From the NCBI GenBank assembly GCA_016125495.1, contig WGLQ01000012.1, positions 6,925 to 70,924 of the forward strand: DNA of 64,000 nucleotides, read 5' to 3'. Source of the stretch: Hyphomicrobiales bacterium (GTDB lineage: Bacteria; Pseudomonadota; Alphaproteobacteria; Rhizobiales; RI-29). Below the pieces are notes generated by a model. It did not search any database, was not told the origin of the DNA, and was given only the letters and a program-made list of their open reading frames with translations. Each line of letters begins with the position of its first letter. Position 1 is the stretch's first letter. The position numbers and the translations under genes were made by a program. Shown piece after piece: positions 40,681 through 50,552 of the stretch.

Positions 40681-43600
40681 ATGACAACGCACGTGTCGGA
40701 GAATTCATCGGGCGGCTCGCCCGCCCGTTCCACGGATGGCGGCGGCATCATCGGCGTCTTCGTGCGCCATCCGACGGCCGCCAACCTCCTGATGCTGACC
40801 CTTGTCCTGCTCGGCCTGTTCGGCCTGCAGAAGATGAACACGCAATTCTTTCCGACCATCGAAGTGCCCTCGATCACCGTGAGTGTCGCCTGGCCGGGCG
40901 CGAGCGCGGAGGACGTGGAAAAGAACATCATCGACGCCCTCGAACCCGAGTTGCGCTTTCTCGACGACGTCGAGGAGGTGACGGGCATCGCGCGCGAGGG
41001 CTCGGCGGTCATCTCGCTGCAGTTCGAGGCCGGCGCCGACATGCAGAAGGCACAGTCCGACATCGAGCAGGCGGTGGCGCGCGTCTCGACGCTGCCGGAG
41101 GATTCCGAGGACGTCGAGGTCACGCGCTCGACCTTCTACGAGTCCGTCGGCAAGGTTTCCGTCTCCGGTCCGTTCTCCGAGGCCGCCCTCAAGAGCTACG
41201 CCAAGACCCTGCGCGACGGCCTGCTCGCGGCCGGCATCGACCGCGTCACCCTCAAGGGTTCGCGACCCGAGGAGATTGAAATCCGTTTGAACGAGGCAGC
41301 GCTCCGCCGCCTCGATCTGACCCCGGCCGATGTCGCGACCCGCATCCGCGACAACACGCGGGACCTGCCCTCCGGTCTCCTCGAGGGCGCCGTGGAAATG
41401 CAGCTGCGTTCACTCTCCGACCGGCGCACGCCCGAGGAACTCGGCGGCATCGAGATCCGGTCCTTTCCGGACGGTCAGAAGGTTTTCCTCCGCGACATCG
41501 CGGTCATCGAGACGCGCTTCGACGACGACGCCAAGATCGGCCTCAAGGGCGGCAACCTCGCCATCGAACTCAATGTGCAGCGCTCCGTCGCGGCCGACAC
41601 GTTGAAGACCATGGAGGCGATGGAACGATACATCGAGGAGGCCCGCGCGCGCCTGCCCGCCTCGCTCACGGTCGAGGTCTACGACGTGCGCGGCAAGCTG
41701 GTGGCGCAGCGCCTCGGCATCCTCGTGACGAACGGCATCCAGGGCCTGATCGTCGTCCTGATCGTGCTTTTCATCTTCCTCGACTTCCGCATCGCCTTCT
41801 GGACAGCGGCCGGCATCCCGGTGGCGTTTCTCGCCACACTCGCGGCCATGTATGCCACCGGCCAGACCATCAACATGATGTCGATGTTCGCGCTCATCAT
41901 GATGCTCGGCATCATCGTCGACGATGCGATCGTGGTCGGCGAACACACCGCCACCCTCTCCGAGCGCGGTTATTCACCGCTCGAGGCCGCCCACCAGGGT
42001 GCCGTGCGCATGATGGTTCCGGTGCTCGCCGCGACGCTGACGACCATGGCCGCGTTCTATCCGATCACGCTCATCCAGGGTCGCATCGGCGACATCATGT
42101 TCGCCATCCCCCTGGTCGTGATGGCGGTGCTCGTCGCCAGCCTCATCGAGTGCTTTCTCATCCTTCCCGGTCACATGCGCCACGGTGGCGCGGCGCAGCG
42201 CAAGCCCAGCTGGTTCCGCCGCAACTTCGATGGTGGCATGGACCGGTTCCGCAAGGGCCCGTTCCGCGTGCTGGTCGAGGTCGCCTACGGTTGGCGCTAT
42301 GCCACCATCGCCGTGATGATCGGCGGGCTCATCCTCGCGGCGGGTCTGCTGGCCGGCGGGCGCGTGAAATTCACGTTCTTTCCCTCTCCGGAGTCCGAGA
42401 GTGTCACGGCGGCGATTTATTTCGGCGCCGGAACGCCGCGCGAGGATCAGATCGCGGCGATCGCCCGGATCGAGGAGGGCCTCGCCAAGGTCGAGCGCGA
42501 TCTCCTGTCGGGGCGCGCCAACGGGCGCAACGGCGCACGCACTGGCGAAGGCGCCGCCCGCAAGGATGACGCGGTCCCCGCGCCCGCTGCGCCACCTCGC
42601 TCCACCCCGAACGGCACTGCCCCTGCCGAGCAAACCACCCTTCAATGGCTGCGCTCCCTGGTCTTCGGGGCTCCCGTCGTCAAGCGTGCCGACAGCCTCA
42701 TCGTCAGCAGCCTCGTCACGCTGGGTGAGGCCGGCCGCACCCAGGGCGAGAACGTCGCCTCGGTCGAGGTGGAGCTGGCGCCGTCGGAGGAGCGCACCAT
42801 CCGCACGCGCAATTTCGTGCAGGCCTGGCGGCGTAACCTTCCCAACATCCCCGGCGTCGAGCGCATCGCCCTCAACGAGCGCCGTGCCGGACCGCCCGGC
42901 CGCGATCTCGACATCCGCCTCCAGAACGCCCCGATCGAGACCCTGAAGACGGCGGCCCTGGAGTTGGCTGACGTGCTTGCCTCCTATCCGGGGGTGCGCG
43001 GGATCTCCGACGACCTGCCCTATGGTCGGCCGGAGCTGGTCCTCGAGCTGACGCCGCGCGGTACCGCCCTCGGGTTCACCGGCCAGAGCGTCGGCTCGCA
43101 GGTTCGCAACGCCTTCGAAGGCACCATCGCAACGCGTTTCGCGCGCGGCGACGAGGAGATCACGGTGCGCGTGATGCGCGACCAGAAGGCCGGTGGCATC
43201 GCCGCGCTCACCCAGCTTTATCTCCGCAGCCCGAGCGGCGAGCACGTGCCGATCACCGAAGTGGTGACCATTCGAGAGCGCCAGGGCTTTTCGATCATCC
43301 AGCGCCGTGACGGCGCCCGCACGGTCGCCGTCACCGCGGACGTGGACACCGAGCAGGTCAACATCGACGAGACCGTCGCCCTCCTGCGGCGCGACGTGAT
43401 GCCGGATCTCGCCGCCCGCTACGCCCTCACCTACGACTTCAAGGGGCGCGACGAGGAGCGCCGGGAATCGTTCGCAGACCTCCGGCTCGGCGCCCTGCTG
43501 TCGCTCGCGCTCATCTATATCATCCTCGCGTGGGTATTCGAGAGTTACGCCCGCCCGCTCGCGGTGATGGCGATCATCCCGTTCGGGCTCGTCGGCGCCA

Positions 43601-44028
43601 TCGGCGGCCACTACGTGATGGGCATGGACCTGACCATCATCTCGATGATCGGCCTGCTCGGGCTTTCCGGTATCCTGGTCAACGATTCCATCATCCTGGT
43701 CAGTCAGGTGAACGAGCGCCTCGCCGAGGGACAGAGCCTGCGAGAGGCCTCCATAGGCGCCTCCCAGGACCGTTTCCGCGCCGTGATGCTGACCTCGCTG
43801 ACGACGATCGGCGGGCTCGCTCCATTGCTCTTCGAGGAGAGCCGGCAGGCGCAGTTCCTCATCCCGATGGCGGTGACCCTCGTCTTCGGACTGGCGGCGG
43901 CAACCGCGCTCGTGCTGTTGCTGGTGCCGGCGCTGATGGGCTTCGGTGGCGACATCGCGCGTGCCTTCCGCTGGATCAAGGGGCTCTATTTCCCCGAGCG
44001 TCAGGCCCCGCCCGCCCCGGCCGAGTAG
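40681..44028 (+). CDS. Efflux RND transporter permease (AcrB/AcrD/AcrF family)
   Basis: 1115 aa with 12-TM topology. It has the ACR_tran-type blocks FPTIEVPSITVSVAWPGASAEDVE, MFALIMMLGIIVDDAIVVGE and GLLGLSGILVNDSIILV. Confidence 0.93.
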   Translation: MTTHVSENSSGGSPARSTDGGGIIGVFVRHPTAANLLMLTLVLLGLFGLQKMNTQFFPTIEVPSITVSVAWPGASAEDVEKNIIDALEPELRFLDDVEEVTGIAREGSAVISLQFEAGADMQKAQSDIEQAVARVSTLPEDSEDVEVTRSTFYESVGKVSVSGPFSEAALKSYAKTLRDGLLAAGIDRVTLKGSRPEEIEIRLNEAALRRLDLTPADVATRIRDNTRDLPSGLLEGAVEMQLRSLSDRRTPEELGGIEIRSFPDGQKVFLRDIAVIETRFDDDAKIGLKGGNLAIELNVQRSVAADTLKTMEAMERYIEEARARLPASLTVEVYDVRGKLVAQRLGILVTNGIQGLIVVLIVLFIFLDFRIAFWTAAGIPVAFLATLAAMYATGQTINMMSMFALIMMLGIIVDDAIVVGEHTATLSERGYSPLEAAHQGAVRMMVPVLAATLTTMAAFYPITLIQGRIGDIMFAIPLVVMAVLVASLIECFLILPGHMRHGGAAQRKPSWFRRNFDGGMDRFRKGPFRVLVEVAYGWRYATIAVMIGGLILAAGLLAGGRVKFTFFPSPESESVTAAIYFGAGTPREDQIAAIARIEEGLAKVERDLLSGRANGRNGARTGEGAARKDDAVPAPAAPPRSTPNGTAPAEQTTLQWLRSLVFGAPVVKRADSLIVSSLVTLGEAGRTQGENVASVEVELAPSEERTIRTRNFVQAWRRNLPNIPGVERIALNERRAGPPGRDLDIRLQNAPIETLKTAALELADVLASYPGVRGISDDLPYGRPELVLELTPRGTALGFTGQSVGSQVRNAFEGTIATRFARGDEEITVRVMRDQKAGGIAALTQLYLRSPSGEHVPITEVVTIRERQGFSIIQRRDGARTVAVTADVDTEQVNIDETVALLRRDVMPDLAARYALTYDFKGRDEERRESFADLRLGALLSLALIYIILAWVFESYARPLAVMAIIPFGLVGAIGGHYVMGMDLTIISMIGLLGLSGILVNDSIILVSQVNERLAEGQSLREASIGASQDRFRAVMLTSLTTIGGLAPLLFEESRQAQFLIPMAVTLVFGLAAATALVLLLVPALMGFGGDIARAFRWIKGLYFPERQAPPAPAE

Positions 44029-44034
44029 GCAACA

Positions 44035-45522
44035 TTAGCCGCGCCAGAAGGCGGGCGTGAAGAGCACGATCACCGTGAACAGCTCGAGCCGCCCGAGCAG
44101 CATCGCGAACGACAGCGTCCACTTGGAGATGTCGGGCAGGCTCGCGAAATTGCCGGCTGGTCCCACCACCGGCCCGAGGCCCGGCCCGACATTCGCCAGC
44201 GCGGTTGCCGCCGAGGAAAGCGCCGTGAGCGGATCGAGACCTTGCAAGCTCAGCGCCACCGAGAACGACGCCAGCATGAGCAGGAAAAGGAAAAGGAAAT
44301 TCATCACGGCCCTCGGCACTTCGTTACCGAGCGGCTTGCCGTTGAAGCGCACCACCACGACCCTGTGCGGCTGAGCGTAGGCCATCACCCGTTGGCGCAC
44401 CATCGCAGCGGCGACGTACACGCGAAAGACCTTGATCCCGCACGACGTCGACCCGGCGCAACCTCCGACCAGCATGACCGCCAGGAACAGCGTAGCGGCA
44501 AAGTCGTTCCATGTGTCGTAGGCCGCAGTCGCATACCCCGTCCCCGTCATGACCGACACGATGCTGAAGAGCGCGTGCCGCAACGCTTGCCAGCCATTGA
44601 CCGGCTCGATCGCCCCTATGGCGATGGCCTGCGCGTTGGCTGGCGGCACCGCGACCTGCGCCAGCCAGGCCAGCAGCACGAAGACCGCGATCAGGCTGAA
44701 GAAAAACTTCACCTGAACATCGCGAAACAACACTGCGAGATTGCCGGATCGGGCCTGCCACAGCAGCAGGAAAGGCAGGCTGGCAACGATCATGAAGAAT
44801 ACGGCGACCAGTTCGACCTCGACACTGTCGAATGCGCCGATCGAATTGTCGCGCGTCGAAAAGCCGCCGGTTGCAACCGTCGACATCATGTGCGTGGCCG
44901 CATCGAAACCGGACATCCCCGCCTGCAGGTATGCCAGGAAGCAAGCTGTTGAAATCGTCAGATAGAGCACGAGAACGGCGCCCGCGATCTGGCGGGCCCG
45001 CGGCAGGATCTTTCCCGAGTTGTCGGACGACTCGAGGCGAAAGAGCTGCATGCCGCCAACCCGCAGCATCGGCATGACGGCGATCGCCATGACGATGATG
45101 CCGATGCCCCCGAGCCATTGCAGGAGAGCTCGCCAGAGCAGGATGCCCTTGGGCGCGCTGTCGAGCCCGACGATCACGGTCGCGCCGGTCGTCGTCACGC
45201 CGCTCATCGCCTCGAAGAAGGCATTGACGTAGCTGATCTGCATCCGCGACCAGACGAAGGGCAGGGCCGCGAATGCCGTGATCAGAACCCATGCGAGAGT
45301 GGTTAGCAGAAACGCCTGGCGCGTCGATAATTCCGTCGTGCCCCCGAAATTGGCGAGCGCGAGTGCCCCGCCGACGAACAGCGTCAGACCCGATGCCGCC
45401 ACGAAGGCCAGCCAGTCGTCGTCGCCATGGTAGAGATCGACGATCGCCGGCAGCATCATTGCCGAGCCGAGTGTCGCGAGCAGCAGCCCGTTGATCAGCA
45501 GGACTGGTCTCAAGGGGATCAT
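44035..45522 (-). CDS. trkH: Potassium uptake protein TrkH
   Basis: Multi-TM protein with FFEAMSGVTTTGATV, SDNSGKILPRARQ, VATGGFSTRD, VMTGTGYATA and NVGPGLG. ATG 45522 was preferred (ORF extends to 45600). Confidence 0.9.
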   Translation of the reverse strand: MIPLRPVLLINGLLLATLGSAMMLPAIVDLYHGDDDWLAFVAASGLTLFVGGALALANFGGTTELSTRQAFLLTTLAWVLITAFAALPFVWSRMQISYVNAFFEAMSGVTTTGATVIVGLDSAPKGILLWRALLQWLGGIGIIVMAIAVMPMLRVGGMQLFRLESSDNSGKILPRARQIAGAVLVLYLTISTACFLAYLQAGMSGFDAATHMMSTVATGGFSTRDNSIGAFDSVEVELVAVFFMIVASLPFLLLWQARSGNLAVLFRDVQVKFFFSLIAVFVLLAWLAQVAVPPANAQAIAIGAIEPVNGWQALRHALFSIVSVMTGTGYATAAYDTWNDFAATLFLAVMLVGGCAGSTSCGIKVFRVYVAAAMVRQRVMAYAQPHRVVVVRFNGKPLGNEVPRAVMNFLFLFLLMLASFSVALSLQGLDPLTALSSAATALANVGPGLGPVVGPAGNFASLPDISKWTLSFAMLLGRLELFTVIVLFTPAFWRG

Positions 45523-45606
45523 GTCGCGCGGTCGCCTGCCTGCTCGCTCATGACCCGATTCCGGCGCCGCGACTGGCGCCGACCGGATCGCGGGCGTCAC
45601 CGTGCA

Positions 45607-45999
45607 TCAGTTCGAGCGCGCCGTCGAGAAGGGCGTGTCGAGGGAGAACGCCGGCACCTCGACGTCGAAGGCGTTACCGTCCTCGTTCACCATGCGGTAT
45701 TGCCCGGACATCAAGCCCGACGATGTCGCGAGCGGTACCCCGCTCGTGTAGACGAACGACTCACCGTTCCCCAGGATCGGCTGTTCCCCGACGACGCCCG
45801 GGCCGCGCACCTCTTCGAGGCGCCCGTTGGCATCGATGATCCGCCAGTGGCGCGATTGCAGTTGCACCGCCGCCATGCCCTCGTTGGTGATCTCGATGGT
45901 ATAGGCCCAGAAATAATTACCGGCTGCCGGGTCGGAGCGATCCGGAAGATAGCGCGGCTTTACGCGAACCCGCACGCTGTTGGTGGTCGCTTCGTACAT
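45607..45999 (-). CDS. apaG: ApaG (DUF525) protein
   Basis: 130 aa: VRVKPRYLPDRSDPAAGNYFWAYTIEITNEG, QLQSRHWRIIDANG and FVYTSG. Confidence 0.92.
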   Translation of the reverse strand: MYEATTNSVRVRVKPRYLPDRSDPAAGNYFWAYTIEITNEGMAAVQLQSRHWRIIDANGRLEEVRGPGVVGEQPILGNGESFVYTSGVPLATSSGLMSGQYRMVNEDGNAFDVEVPAFSLDTPFSTARSN

Positions 46000-46094
46000 A
46001 GGCCCACCATAGCGCCCTTTGCGCGCGAGCGGAATTGGGATGTGTGGTCGCCCCTCCTGCCCCGATCGATCGAATTCGTGGGCTCGGTTCACCC

Positions 46095-47786
46095 TCAGGG
46101 CTTCGCCAGAACGTCCCAAGGCACCTCCCGCGCCAGCTCCGCACCTCCGGCAAGCACGAACACCGCCGTTCCCGCGATCGCCGCGAGCGAGAGCAGCACT
46201 TGCCAGAAGTAAGGCACCGCGCTGAGCACGCCGGCCTTCGTCTCGAGCCTCGAAAGGATGACGTGCCCGAGCATGCCCCTCCTGAACCAGCCGGTTGCCC
46301 GGCCGGTCTCACCGATGTGATTCTTGACCCGCAGCCAGCCGCTGAGGAGGTCGCCGATCACCCCGAACATGGAGCGAAAGTCGAGCGTCGTGAAGCCGCT
46401 CGCATCGCGCATGACGAGGTCCTCGCCGACGAATGAGCCGGCATCCGCACGGCCGATCGCGGTTCCCTCGAGCCGCACCGGTCGCCCGATCACCGGCGAG
46501 GCGCGCGGGTCCGACATCAGCGCCATCACCGTCGTCGGCTTCGGCTCGCCCATCGGATAGCGCAGGAACAACGTCGCGATCACCGTCGCCGCCCCCGTCG
46601 CGAGGGCGAGATACCAATACCCGGCCAGCACCGTGAGGAGAGCGACCAAGTAGGGCGCGAAATAGATCGCAGCCTCCTTGAGGAAATGCGGCCAGAGCTC
46701 GCCCTTGTCGACGCCCGCCCGGCGCGCCGCCCCCGCGATGTCCATCTGGAACGGCTTGCCCGCCGCCTTGGCCATCTCGCCGAGCGCCAGGATGCGCTTG
46801 CCCGTGAGCGGATGCGTCGAGTTCAGCTCGGCGAACCACGCCCAGGGATTGTAGCCATCGAACAGCATGGCTTCGGCCGGGATCGGCGTCGGCTTGTGCA
46901 CCGGCTTGCCATAGCGGTCGCACGGTCCATCGGGTCCGTCGGGACCTTCGCCGGTCGAGGCCATCAGACCGACCGAGTGCGCGTTCTTGACGTCGATGAG
47001 CCCCATGTGGCGGGTGCTCCGCAGAAGCTGAGCCGTGCTGTCGCTGTCCTCGACCTTGGCAATGCCGTACGCCACCTTGACGAGGGCGCTGGCGAGATGT
47101 CCGGGTGATGTGCGGCTCGCGGCGAATGCGTCGGCCATGTATTCCCGCGTGCGGCTGAGGTAGAGCAGCAGGTATTGCCCGATCCAATAGAAGACGAGTG
47201 CGGCGAACCCGACCCCAGCGAGACTGTTCTTCTTGTCGCTCGACCCCCGGTTGCGCTTCGTGGTGTGAACGTAGATCTGATAGAGGATCTGAACGAGGCA
47301 GCCGGCGATCGTCATCACGATGAAGTCGCGGTGAACGATGTGGCCGAGTTCGTGCGCCACCACCGCCCGCGTCTCGTCCTCGTCGAGGAACTCGAAGATC
47401 CCCTCTGTCAGCACGATCCGGGCATTGCCGCGCCCGCGCCCGTACGTGAACGCCGTTGGATTGCGGTCCGCGATGATACCGACGCGGGCCGGCGTGAACG
47501 CGAATTCTCGGGCGACCTCGTGAAGCATGCGGTGGACGTGCGGATGGCGCGTCTCGAGCTCCTGGTCGCTGAGGAATTTCATCCCGTTGATCCAGGACAG
47601 CGAGAGGTCGAGCAGCCAGGGGCTGAGCAGCCAGATCAGCACGCTGATGACGATCGTCGCGGCGATCGTGAACGGCAGCGAGATCGCGTCCATCGTCATG
47701 AGGATGGCGAGGATGAGGCTCGCGATCATGCCGACGAGGAGGCCGAGCGTCACGATCGAGGCGGTGAGGAGGCGACCCATGGCCAT
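46095..47786 (-). CDS. M48-family (HtpX-like) zinc metalloprotease with a ~215-aa C-terminal membrane plus soluble extension
   Basis: ATG 47786 follows GGGAGAA. The protein has N-terminal TM helices, HELGHIVHRD and REYMADAF (third ligand). Two more TM helices and a beta-rich tail follow. The upstream 287 aa of ORF 46095..48647 is metZ out of frame. Confidence 0.85.
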   Translation of the reverse strand: MAMGRLLTASIVTLGLLVGMIASLILAILMTMDAISLPFTIAATIVISVLIWLLSPWLLDLSLSWINGMKFLSDQELETRHPHVHRMLHEVAREFAFTPARVGIIADRNPTAFTYGRGRGNARIVLTEGIFEFLDEDETRAVVAHELGHIVHRDFIVMTIAGCLVQILYQIYVHTTKRNRGSSDKKNSLAGVGFAALVFYWIGQYLLLYLSRTREYMADAFAASRTSPGHLASALVKVAYGIAKVEDSDSTAQLLRSTRHMGLIDVKNAHSVGLMASTGEGPDGPDGPCDRYGKPVHKPTPIPAEAMLFDGYNPWAWFAELNSTHPLTGKRILALGEMAKAAGKPFQMDIAGAARRAGVDKGELWPHFLKEAAIYFAPYLVALLTVLAGYWYLALATGAATVIATLFLRYPMGEPKPTTVMALMSDPRASPVIGRPVRLEGTAIGRADAGSFVGEDLVMRDASGFTTLDFRSMFGVIGDLLSGWLRVKNHIGETGRATGWFRRGMLGHVILSRLETKAGVLSAVPYFWQVLLSLAAIAGTAVFVLAGGAELAREVPWDVLAKP

Positions 47787-47893
47787 TTCTCCCGCGAGAC
47801 CGACGCGCACACCCTGGGCAACGGTCCGCGCGGGAACTTTATCCGAGTGCGGAGCGTTGCGCCAGACGTCCGCTGAAGGGTCGGCGCCGCCCC

Positions 47894-49093
47894 TCAGGCG
47901 GTCGCGAGCGCCCGTTCGAGGTCGGCGATGAGATCCAAGGGGCTTTCCAGCCCGACGCTGAGCCGCACGGTGCCGGGCCCGATGCCGAGTTCGGCCCGCG
48001 CCTCCTCGCTGAGCCGCTGGTGTGTCGTCGTTGCCGGATGCGTGATGAGGCTCTTGGTATCGCCGAGGTTGTTGGAGATGGAAATGACGCTCAGCGCATT
48101 GAGCATGGCGAATGCCGCGCTCTTGCCGCCGGTGAGCGAGAACGCCACCATCGGCCCGCCCCCCGCCATCTGACGGCGCGCCAACTCGGCCTGCGGATGG
48201 TCGGCCCGCCCCGGATACATGAGATCGCGCACCTTGGGATGGCCAGCGATATGATCGGCGAGCACGGCCGCCGTCGCGCATTGCCGCTCGACCCGGAGCG
48301 CCATCGTCTCGAGGCCCTTGAGCAGCACCCAGGCGTTGAACGGCGAGAGCGATGGCCCGGTGTGCTTGAGGTAGTCGTGGAGCTTCTTTTCGATGAACTC
48401 CTTGTCGCCGAGCACGACTCCGCCGAGGCATCGCCCCTGTCCGTCGATGTGCTTGGTCGCCGAATAGGTGACGACGTGCGCTCCGAGCGCCAGCGGGCGC
48501 TGCAGCATCGGCGTGGCAAAGACGTTGTCGACGACGACCTTTGCCCCGATCTGCCGGGCGATGGCCGAAACTCCGGCGATATCGACCAGCTCGAGTGTCG
48601 GATTGGTTGGCGATTCGAGAAACATCACCTTCGTTTCGGGGCGGCACGCTTGCTCCCAGGCGCCAAGGTCGCGACCATCGATCAACGTCGAGGAAACCCC
48701 GAAGCGCGGCAACAGATCCTCGATGATGTAGCGGCAGGAGCCGAACAGCGCCTTTGCCGCAACGACGTGATCCCCGGCCTCGAGCTGGCTGAAGAGCGCG
48801 GCCGCCACTGCCGCCATGCCGCTACCGGTGCCGCGCGCCGCCTCCGCTCCCTCGAGCAGACGGATGCGCTCCTCGAACATGGCGACCGTCGGATTGGCAT
48901 AGCGGCTGTAGACGAAGCCGGGCACGTCCCCCTTGAAGCGGGCCTCCGCCTCCTCGGCCGTGCGATAGACGAAGCCGGAGTTGAGGAAAATCGCCTCCGA
49001 CGTCTCGCCGAACTGCGAGCGCAACGTGCCGCCGTGCACCAGCGTGGTCGTCGGATCGGGCGCCTGATCGTCGTCGTCGGGGGTGGCGGACAT
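47894..49093 (-). CDS. metZ: O-succinylhomoserine sulfhydrylase (Cys/Met PLP family)
   Basis: TLVHGGTLRSQFGETSEAIFLNSGFVY, YSRYANPT, GSGMAAV and YSATKHIDGQGR (PLP lysine). ATG 49093 follows GGAGGG. Confidence 0.88.
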   Translation of the reverse strand: MSATPDDDDQAPDPTTTLVHGGTLRSQFGETSEAIFLNSGFVYRTAEEAEARFKGDVPGFVYSRYANPTVAMFEERIRLLEGAEAARGTGSGMAAVAAALFSQLEAGDHVVAAKALFGSCRYIIEDLLPRFGVSSTLIDGRDLGAWEQACRPETKVMFLESPTNPTLELVDIAGVSAIARQIGAKVVVDNVFATPMLQRPLALGAHVVTYSATKHIDGQGRCLGGVVLGDKEFIEKKLHDYLKHTGPSLSPFNAWVLLKGLETMALRVERQCATAAVLADHIAGHPKVRDLMYPGRADHPQAELARRQMAGGGPMVAFSLTGGKSAAFAMLNALSVISISNNLGDTKSLITHPATTTHQRLSEEARAELGIGPGTVRLSVGLESPLDLIADLERALATA

Positions 49094-49157
49094 GAGTTTC
49101 CCTCCATGCTCGGGAGCATGCCGGGGGCCGCGTCGTCCTTTCCGGGAGAACATCGGC

Positions 49158-49209
49158 CCTTTAGCGACTTCTTTAACGTGGCTGCAAGCCGGCCGGCCAA
49201 ATCACCACG
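49158..49209 (-). promoter_or_regulatory. SAM-II (or SAM-V-like) riboswitch in the metZ leader
   Basis: The minus strand reads CGUGGUGAUUUGGCCGGCCGGCUUGCAGCCACGUUAAAGAAGUCGCUAAAGG. An H-type pseudoknot can be drawn, with CGUG pairing CACG and GAUUU pairing AAGUC. It has the GAUUU, GGCUUG and CGCUAAAG blocks I recall from the SAM-II consensus. Confidence 0.65.
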
Positions 49210-49383
49210 AGAGCGCTTCCCATAGGACCGGCGCCGCGCCGAGGTCAAGCATCCTGCGCTCGGTGGGCCGCGCTCGCAACGTTTGACCGGCAGGGTGCCG
49301 AGCCGCTAGTCAGCATCGATCGCATCGCTGGTCGTCGCATTCGGCGGGTTGGCGCTGCGGGGTGAGGGAGCCCGAGGGAGCCG

Positions 49384-50493
49384 ATGGCAAGACGAGCCCA
49401 GTCGCGAGTGACGGCGAGCGGGATCCTGCCGGATTCCGCGATAGCGGTGCTGTTGCGTGAGGGAGCCATCCTGCCGGCGATGCCACCCGCCCCCGATCAG
49501 GTTCAGCCGGCGAGCCTCGACTTGCGGCTCGGCACGACGGCCGTCCGGGTCCGCGCCAGTTTCCTGCCCGGCCCAGGTGTGCCCGTCGCCGAGCGGTTGC
49601 GCGAGCTGGCGACCCACCGCGTCGACCTCTCCGCCGGCGCGGTCCTCGAGACCGGCTGCGTCTACGTGGTCCCGCTGATGGAGAGCCTGGCGCTGTCCGC
49701 CGACCTTGCCGGCGCCGCCAATCCGAAATCCTCGACCGGCCGGCTCGACGTCTTCACCCGCGTCATCGTCGACGGCGCCACGGCCTTCGATCAGGTGCCC
49801 GCCGGCTACCACGGCCCACTCTACGCCGAGATCTGCCCGCAGACCTTCCCGATCCTCGTGCGTCCGGGCTCACGTCTCTCCCAGCTCCGCCTTCGCCGCG
49901 GCGACCCACGCGAGGACGATGCCACCCTCACCCGCCTCCAGCGCGAGGTCGGTCTCGTTTCGGGAGGCACCGTCGACATCGACGATGGCATCGCCCTCTC
50001 GGTCGATCTCGCGCCGGGCCCGGACGCCCTCGTCGGCTACCGCGCCAAGCGCCACACCGGTGTCGTCGACGTCGATGCCGCCGGCGCCCACCGCATCGCC
50101 GATTATTGGGAGCCGATCCGCGCCGGTGATGGCGACCGCCGCTTGATCCTCGATCCCGACCAGTTCTACATCCTCGCCTCCAAGGAGGCGGTCACCATCC
50201 CCCCCGGCCACGCCGCCGAGATGATGCCATTCAATCCGCTGGTCGGCGAGTTCAGGGTCCACTATGCCGGCTTCATGGACCCGGGCTTCGGCCATGCCGC
50301 GACCGGCGGGGCCGGCGCCCGCGTCGTTCTCGAGGTACGCAGCCACAAGGTACCCTTCATCCTGGAGGACGGCCAGATCATCGGGCGCCTCGTCTACGAG
50401 CGCATGTGCGCAGTCCCGGCGACGCTCTACGGTGCCGGTATCGGCAGCCATTACCAGGCCCAGGGTTTGAAGCTTTCCAAGCACTTCGTGTGA
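49384..50493 (+). CDS. 2'-deoxycytidine 5'-triphosphate deaminase family protein (long ~370-aa alphaproteobacterial type)
   Basis: GILPDSAI, QPASLDLRLG, NPKSSTGRLDVF, FRVHYAGFMDPGFG. Confidence 0.75.
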   Translation: MARRAQSRVTASGILPDSAIAVLLREGAILPAMPPAPDQVQPASLDLRLGTTAVRVRASFLPGPGVPVAERLRELATHRVDLSAGAVLETGCVYVVPLMESLALSADLAGAANPKSSTGRLDVFTRVIVDGATAFDQVPAGYHGPLYAEICPQTFPILVRPGSRLSQLRLRRGDPREDDATLTRLQREVGLVSGGTVDIDDGIALSVDLAPGPDALVGYRAKRHTGVVDVDAAGAHRIADYWEPIRAGDGDRRLILDPDQFYILASKEAVTIPPGHAAEMMPFNPLVGEFRVHYAGFMDPGFGHAATGGAGARVVLEVRSHKVPFILEDGQIIGRLVYERMCAVPATLYGAGIGSHYQAQGLKLSKHFV

Positions 50494-50552
50494 TCGGCCA
50501 GCCCCCACGGCGGACCTGATCGTGGATGAGGAACGAGCGGGAGCAGAACATC

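Noticed and set aside
47787-48647. The upstream 287 aa of the 850-aa minus ORF containing the M48 protease.
   Set aside because: It overlaps metZ in a different frame on the same strand. The protease has a good internal ATG with a GGGAGA Shine-Dalgarno at 47786.
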